64,000 bases of DNA, from assembly GCA_965202645.1 (NCBI GenBank), contig OZ241840.1:307066-371065 (forward strand), read 5' to 3'. The DNA is from Bdellovibrionales bacterium (GTDB lineage Bacteria; Bdellovibrionota; Bdellovibrionia; Bdellovibrionales; UBA1609). Every line of letters begins with the position of its first letter. Positions within the stretch are counted from its first letter, which is position 1. The notes below the pieces were generated by a model. It saw only the letters and a list, made by a program, of their open reading frames with translations. It did no database searches and was not told the origin of the DNA. The position numbers and the translations under genes were made by a program. Of the stretch, positions 59,973-64,000 are shown piece after piece.

Positions 59973-61513
59973 ACCTTGACATCCTCGCTCAAATTCATCT
60001 CCCGTTTAATTTTCTTCGCAATATCCCAGCTGAGCATGGACATTTGCTCTTCGTCAGTGACTTTAAAAGTGTCCACTAAAACGCGGACCTCTTTGCCCGC
60101 TTGAATGGCAAAGCTCCTTTTCACCCCATCAAAGCTGTTGGCCAGAGATTCCAAATCTTTTAAGCGGTTGATGTAGCTGTCCAGCATGGATCTTTTAGCT
60201 CCTGATCGGGAGCGGGATAAGTTGTAAGCGCACTGCAGGATATGATCCAAAAGGCTTCGGGCCGGCTCCTTGCCGTCATGGCATAAAATAGCCTGACAGA
60301 CAGCCTTTTCCTCTCCCTGTTTTTGGCAAAATTGCGCCCCCACATAAGAGTAGCTTCCCTCCACAAAGTGGGGGACTCCCAAGCCAATGGCGCTCAGCAG
60401 TCCCGCCCGGCAGGCTGTTTTTTTATCCGCCCCCAGCTCTCCAGCCAAAAGGGAGGCGATATAAGCCATCTCCTCAGAATATTTTAAGAGATTTTGCCCT
60501 TCAATAAAGCGGTATTTTAAATGGCCTAAAACCCTGATAATTTCCGGGCTGATGTCATGTATGCCCAAATCGAAACAGATTTTTTTCCCCTCCTCCATCA
60601 TTTCAGAAAAAATCTCCTTGCGGATTTTTTCCACCACTTCCTCAATAAAGGCGGGATGAATGCGCCCCTCCTCCATCAGCCTTTCCACGGTTTTTTTAGC
60701 GATGGCCCGGCGAACAGGATCAAAACAGGAAATGGTTATAATCTCCTGCCCCTCTCCTATCAGCAAGTCCACTCCGCAGGCTGACTCTAATGCCCGAATG
60801 TTCCGGCCCTCCCGCCCAATAATTTTCCCTTTTGTGGAAGAGCCGACAATGGGCAAAGTTTCAATAGTTCTTTCCGCTGTCACCTCCGCCGAATAGCGCG
60901 CCATAGCCTGAGCCAAAGCCAATTTAGCCTTTTCCTCCTGAGTTTTTTTCATTTCCTCCTCAATTTTTAGCAGTTTTGCGCCAATTTCTTTTCGCGCGTC
61001 CGCCTCAAAAGCTTTTTTTAAATGATTTCTGGCCTCCTCTTTTGTCATTACAGCCAGTTTCTCGACAATCTGCTCCGACTCCTCTTTTTTCCTCTGAACC
61101 TGGCCCTTCAGAGCTTGAACTTGCTTTTGAGAAACCTCTAACAGCTCTTTTTCCTGCTGAAGATCGGAGGACATTTTTTTCAATTCCCCCTCTTTCATCT
61201 GAATATCCATTTCCATTTTGTCTTTTTTTTGTTTTAATCTGTATTCCTGATTTTTGAGCTGCTCTTTAGATTCTTTGATTTCCCTCTCCACCCTTTTGAT
61301 TTCCGCTTCCTCCCAGTCCTTTGTTTTTTGTTTGGACACCCTTTCTATTTTAGCGGCTTGGGACTTGGCGCGGTTTAAAATCATATCCTCCTCTTTTTTT
61401 AAGCTTTGCTCTCTTCGCCGGGCCGTCAGGCGAAAGTAGAGAAGAAAAAATAGGGAGCCGGCAAACAAACCGGAAATAAACACGGCTAAAGTTTTTATAA
61501 ACATTGCTTCCAT
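59930..61513 (-). CDS. rny: Ribonuclease Y homolog with a degenerate HD domain
   Basis: N-terminal TM, coiled coil, KH motif KGKIIGREGRNIRALE, FDPVRR, C-terminal AIQAGKEVRV and VIRE.R; HD motif replaced by SA. Confidence 0.92.
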   Translation of the reverse strand: MEAMFIKTLAVFISGLFAGSLFFLLYFRLTARRREQSLKKEEDMILNRAKSQAAKIERVSKQKTKDWEEAEIKRVEREIKESKEQLKNQEYRLKQKKDKMEMDIQMKEGELKKMSSDLQQEKELLEVSQKQVQALKGQVQRKKEESEQIVEKLAVMTKEEARNHLKKAFEADARKEIGAKLLKIEEEMKKTQEEKAKLALAQAMARYSAEVTAERTIETLPIVGSSTKGKIIGREGRNIRALESACGVDLLIGEGQEIITISCFDPVRRAIAKKTVERLMEEGRIHPAFIEEVVEKIRKEIFSEMMEEGKKICFDLGIHDISPEIIRVLGHLKYRFIEGQNLLKYSEEMAYIASLLAGELGADKKTACRAGLLSAIGLGVPHFVEGSYSYVGAQFCQKQGEEKAVCQAILCHDGKEPARSLLDHILQCAYNLSRSRSGAKRSMLDSYINRLKDLESLANSFDGVKRSFAIQAGKEVRVLVDTFKVTDEEQMSMLSWDIAKKIKREMNLSEDVKVSVIREYRIVEHAR

Positions 61514-61525
61514 AGCGCTGGGCCT

Positions 61526-62212
61526 TTATTTTGTGTTTTTCCTTATCCGTTTATTTAAAGGCATAAGGATAAAACGATCTGTGACTAAAAAATCCATCAA
61601 AATATCATGGGGGAGCAGAGGGAGAGGCTCATTGTGAACTTGATCGGAAAAAGCTATCCCTATAAACGGCGCTCGGCCCCATTTGTCAAAATTCCAGCTG
61701 GCTGAAGAGGGAGCGCCTGTTTTATAAGCGGAGGCCAAAGTTTTGTCATAATATCCTTTTCCTCTTCCCAGCCGCCCTCCATTCCGGTCAAAAGCCTGTC
61801 CGGGAACAAGGAAGACAGAAATGCTCTTAAGAGAGACTTTATTTTTTGGCTGAGCCGGAGGCTCCAGGGCTTTTAAACGGCTGGCCCGCCAGGAGCCATC
61901 GCTTTTGTAAAAGCTGAGGGAATCTCCCTCAACGGCGGGAAAGCAAACTTTGCCTTTCCGCAAATTGCAAAACGCCAGAAGACAAGGCTCGTTTTTCAGG
62001 GCTTTGTAAACGGCGATGGAGGAGGCTTTTTTCCAAAAGGGCAGTTTATTCAAAAAATAGACAATTTTTTTCTCCTTTTCCTTTTTTAAGGAAGGGGAAA
62101 GAAGGGCGGATTTCCGCCTGTAAAAAGCTCTGAGAGATTTTTTTTCTGCGCCCGCTTTAAAGCTTAGAGGCTGTTGAAAAGATGTTTGAAACCGATTTTG
62201 ATTCCCCCGCAT
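61526..62212 (-). CDS. 5-formyltetrahydrofolate cyclo-ligase
   Basis: VPGQAFDRNGGRLGRGKGYYDK, HDILMD; AAGGAGG RBS before ATG 62212. Confidence 0.9.
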   Translation of the reverse strand: MRGNQNRFQTSFQQPLSFKAGAEKKSLRAFYRRKSALLSPSLKKEKEKKIVYFLNKLPFWKKASSIAVYKALKNEPCLLAFCNLRKGKVCFPAVEGDSLSFYKSDGSWRASRLKALEPPAQPKNKVSLKSISVFLVPGQAFDRNGGRLGRGKGYYDKTLASAYKTGAPSSASWNFDKWGRAPFIGIAFSDQVHNEPLPLLPHDILMDFLVTDRFILMPLNKRIRKNTK

Positions 62213-62282
62213 GGCGAACCCCTCCTTATTTGAGTTAAGGAGTTTGAGCGGGAAGGGCAATGCAGAGTCTTTATAAAAAGAC

Positions 62283-62591
62283 TTAAGCTCTTGTCTCCGG
62301 CCCTGCGCTCTCAGAGGAAGCTTCGAGGCTGCTTAGAATGTCTTTGGCTTGAGATTCCAAACTGTCCATATTGTCATTGACAGCTTTTTTTAGAACAAGC
62401 TTGTCTTCCGCCAGACGAAGACAAGTTAAAAATAAAGCGCTCTCAATAGATATTTGCTTATGAGAGTTTTGAACCTCATCGAGCTTTTTTTCCACTTCTG
62501 ATTTTAAGGCCTGAAAGGCCTCTAAATCATACTCTGTCATTAGCTTAAAAGATCGGGATTGAAATTCCACATTATAAGTGTTCATTGACAT
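62283..62591 (-). CDS. zapA: Cell division protein ZapA family
   Basis: Size, V..KL..V, AL.LTCL.LAE pattern, coiled-coil tail; zapA/cyclo-ligase/rny synteny. Confidence 0.7.
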   Translation of the reverse strand: MSMNTYNVEFQSRSFKLMTEYDLEAFQALKSEVEKKLDEVQNSHKQISIESALFLTCLRLAEDKLVLKKAVNDNMDSLESQAKDILSSLEASSESAGPETRA

Positions 62592-62772
62592 TCCTAAAAG
62601 CTGGCCTGGAGCTTCCCAACTCCTTAATGGCGAAAATTATAGATTAAACTGAGGCGCCCGTCAAATTTTATTGAAATTTTTTATTTCAGCCGCCTGAAAG
62701 CGTCAAAAAGGCCGTATTCTCCCTGTTTTTCTTAAAAAATGATGGCCGGCCTTCGCTTTAGCGGCTATCTCT

Positions 62773-63411
62773 TTAGTCATCAAGAAAGTTACACCTGCTG
62801 TTGGTGTAAAGAACGGCAACGCCCACAACGCCCTCAAAGACATATTTACACGCTCTATAACGACCCTCATCCTCATTCATGCTATCATCAGAAACTTCCG
62901 TATCGCCAGAAACTTCCGCTCTGCCAGAAACTAGCGCTTCATCATAAATTTTTGCTGTGCCATAAATTTTTGCTTTGTTATAAACTTCCGCTCTGCCATA
63001 AACTTCCGCTTTATCATAAACTTCCGCTGTGCCAGAAACTAGCGCTTCATCATAAATTTTTGCTGTGCCAGAAACTTCCGCTTTGCCATAAATTTTTGCT
63101 TTGTTATAAACTTCCGCTTTGCCATAAATTTTCGCCTCACCATAAACTTTCGCTGTGCCAGAAACTCTAGCATAATCACAAACTTGAGCATTAGGCCCAA
63201 CATAAGCTGTGGAGTCCGCCTTCGCGGTTTTAGCCACAAAACCTCCACCGTTGGAATGAGGCGCGCCCTCTGCTCCCCCGCAAGGAATAAGAGAATCTTG
63301 ACCGGCCGCATCCCCTTGCTCCGCGCTCCAGCCATAATTAGAAAAGCCGGCTAATCCGATAATGCCTATCACGGCTAAACGCTTTATCAGAGAAAATATA
63401 ATAGTTTGCAT
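62773..63411 (-). CDS. Secreted hexapeptide-repeat (left-handed beta-helix-like) protein
   Basis: HSNGGGFVA...AYVGPNAQV followed by A[KEL][VI][YS][GDN]x repeats; signal peptide related to that of 42589. Confidence 0.8.
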   Translation of the reverse strand: MQTIIFSLIKRLAVIGIIGLAGFSNYGWSAEQGDAAGQDSLIPCGGAEGAPHSNGGGFVAKTAKADSTAYVGPNAQVCDYARVSGTAKVYGEAKIYGKAEVYNKAKIYGKAEVSGTAKIYDEALVSGTAEVYDKAEVYGRAEVYNKAKIYGTAKIYDEALVSGRAEVSGDTEVSDDSMNEDEGRYRACKYVFEGVVGVAVLYTNSRCNFLDD

Positions 63412-63630
63412 AAGTTTGCCTCCTATAGTTTGTTTGAGTATTTATTTGCTGTTACTATGTTCTATTAGGATATGCCAGCTTTTCCTGAAAACAGGAAAAT
63501 TTTTCCCAAAAAAAGGGAAAAGCCAAGCTTTGCCAGCTTTAGAGCATAAAAAAATGCTGGACAATGGAGCCAAAAAGGTTTAAAATAAAGCCTAACCAGT
63601 ATACTCTGAAACCTTACAATGGCTGAGTTG

Positions 63631-64000
63631 CTATGTTTCAGGGGGGAGTGTTAAAATTTCATAATTGACGCCCCCCCCGCCGTCAGTGATTAAAATGGTG
63701 TGCTCAAATTGAGCGGATAGGGAGTGATCCGCTGTGTGGTAGTATTTCACGCTGGAGTTGGGAATGGGAAACTCTTTAATAGCCGATGAGTTTTGATTGA
63801 CCATAGGCTCAACAGTGATACAGCTCCAGGGCTTTAAAATATCCCCCCGCCCCTTTTTTCCATAAGAGGGGACAAAAGGATCATCGTGGAACTTTTTGCC
63901 GATGCCGTGCCCTCCTATTTCTTTCACGGGGAAAAAGCCCTTCCGAACAACATGCCTTTCCACGGCAAAGCCAATGTCGCCCGTCCGGCCATTTGGCCGG
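63631..64000 (-). CDS. map: Methionine aminopeptidase, C-terminal part
   Basis: GGHGIG..FHDDP, TVEPMVN, SAQFEHTILIT. Confidence 0.93.
   Translation of the reverse strand, partial: RPNGRTGDIGFAVERHVVRKGFFPVKEIGGHGIGKKFHDDPFVPSYGKKGRGDILKPWSCITVEPMVNQNSSAIKEFPIPNSSVKYYHTADHSLSAQFEHTILITDGGGGVNYEILTLPPET

Overview
Bacterial chromosomal segment. Gene content suggests a Bdellovibrionota-like, possibly host-associated organism; this is inference from the nadD-rsfS fusion, the LspA-HAMP fusion, a pilD-pilMNOPQ operon, twitch-type radical SAM paralogues and ankyrin/SEL1 fragments. The housekeeping backbone includes tRNA-Trp, tRNA-Arg, pyrF, rph, rplY, prs, obgE, tyrS, rny, a 5-formyl-THF cyclo-ligase, zapA and map. 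Interleaved with it are a type III R-M system, a CcrM-like methylase, a decayed type II R-M pair, an Rpn nuclease with a duplicated stand-alone C-terminal module, a ~200-bp MITE family and IS3-type ends. Most unusual features: (1) at more than 10 loci, short tandem arrays or duplications copy the adjacent gene's own 3' end, start region or stop/start junction, and similar expansions occur in-frame inside core proteins; (2) RNase Y has lost its HD metal ligands and is followed by ~12 copies of its own last ~45 nt; (3) TyrRS is 832 aa, with a 12x14-aa repeat inserted just before KMSKS and an extra C-terminal domain; (4) several secreted-protein cassettes share one promoter/RBS/signal-peptide module but carry unrelated cargo; (5) four tandem twitch-radical-SAM genes precede a Cys-rich prepilin with a C23 tract in its leader. 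No CRISPR array was found.
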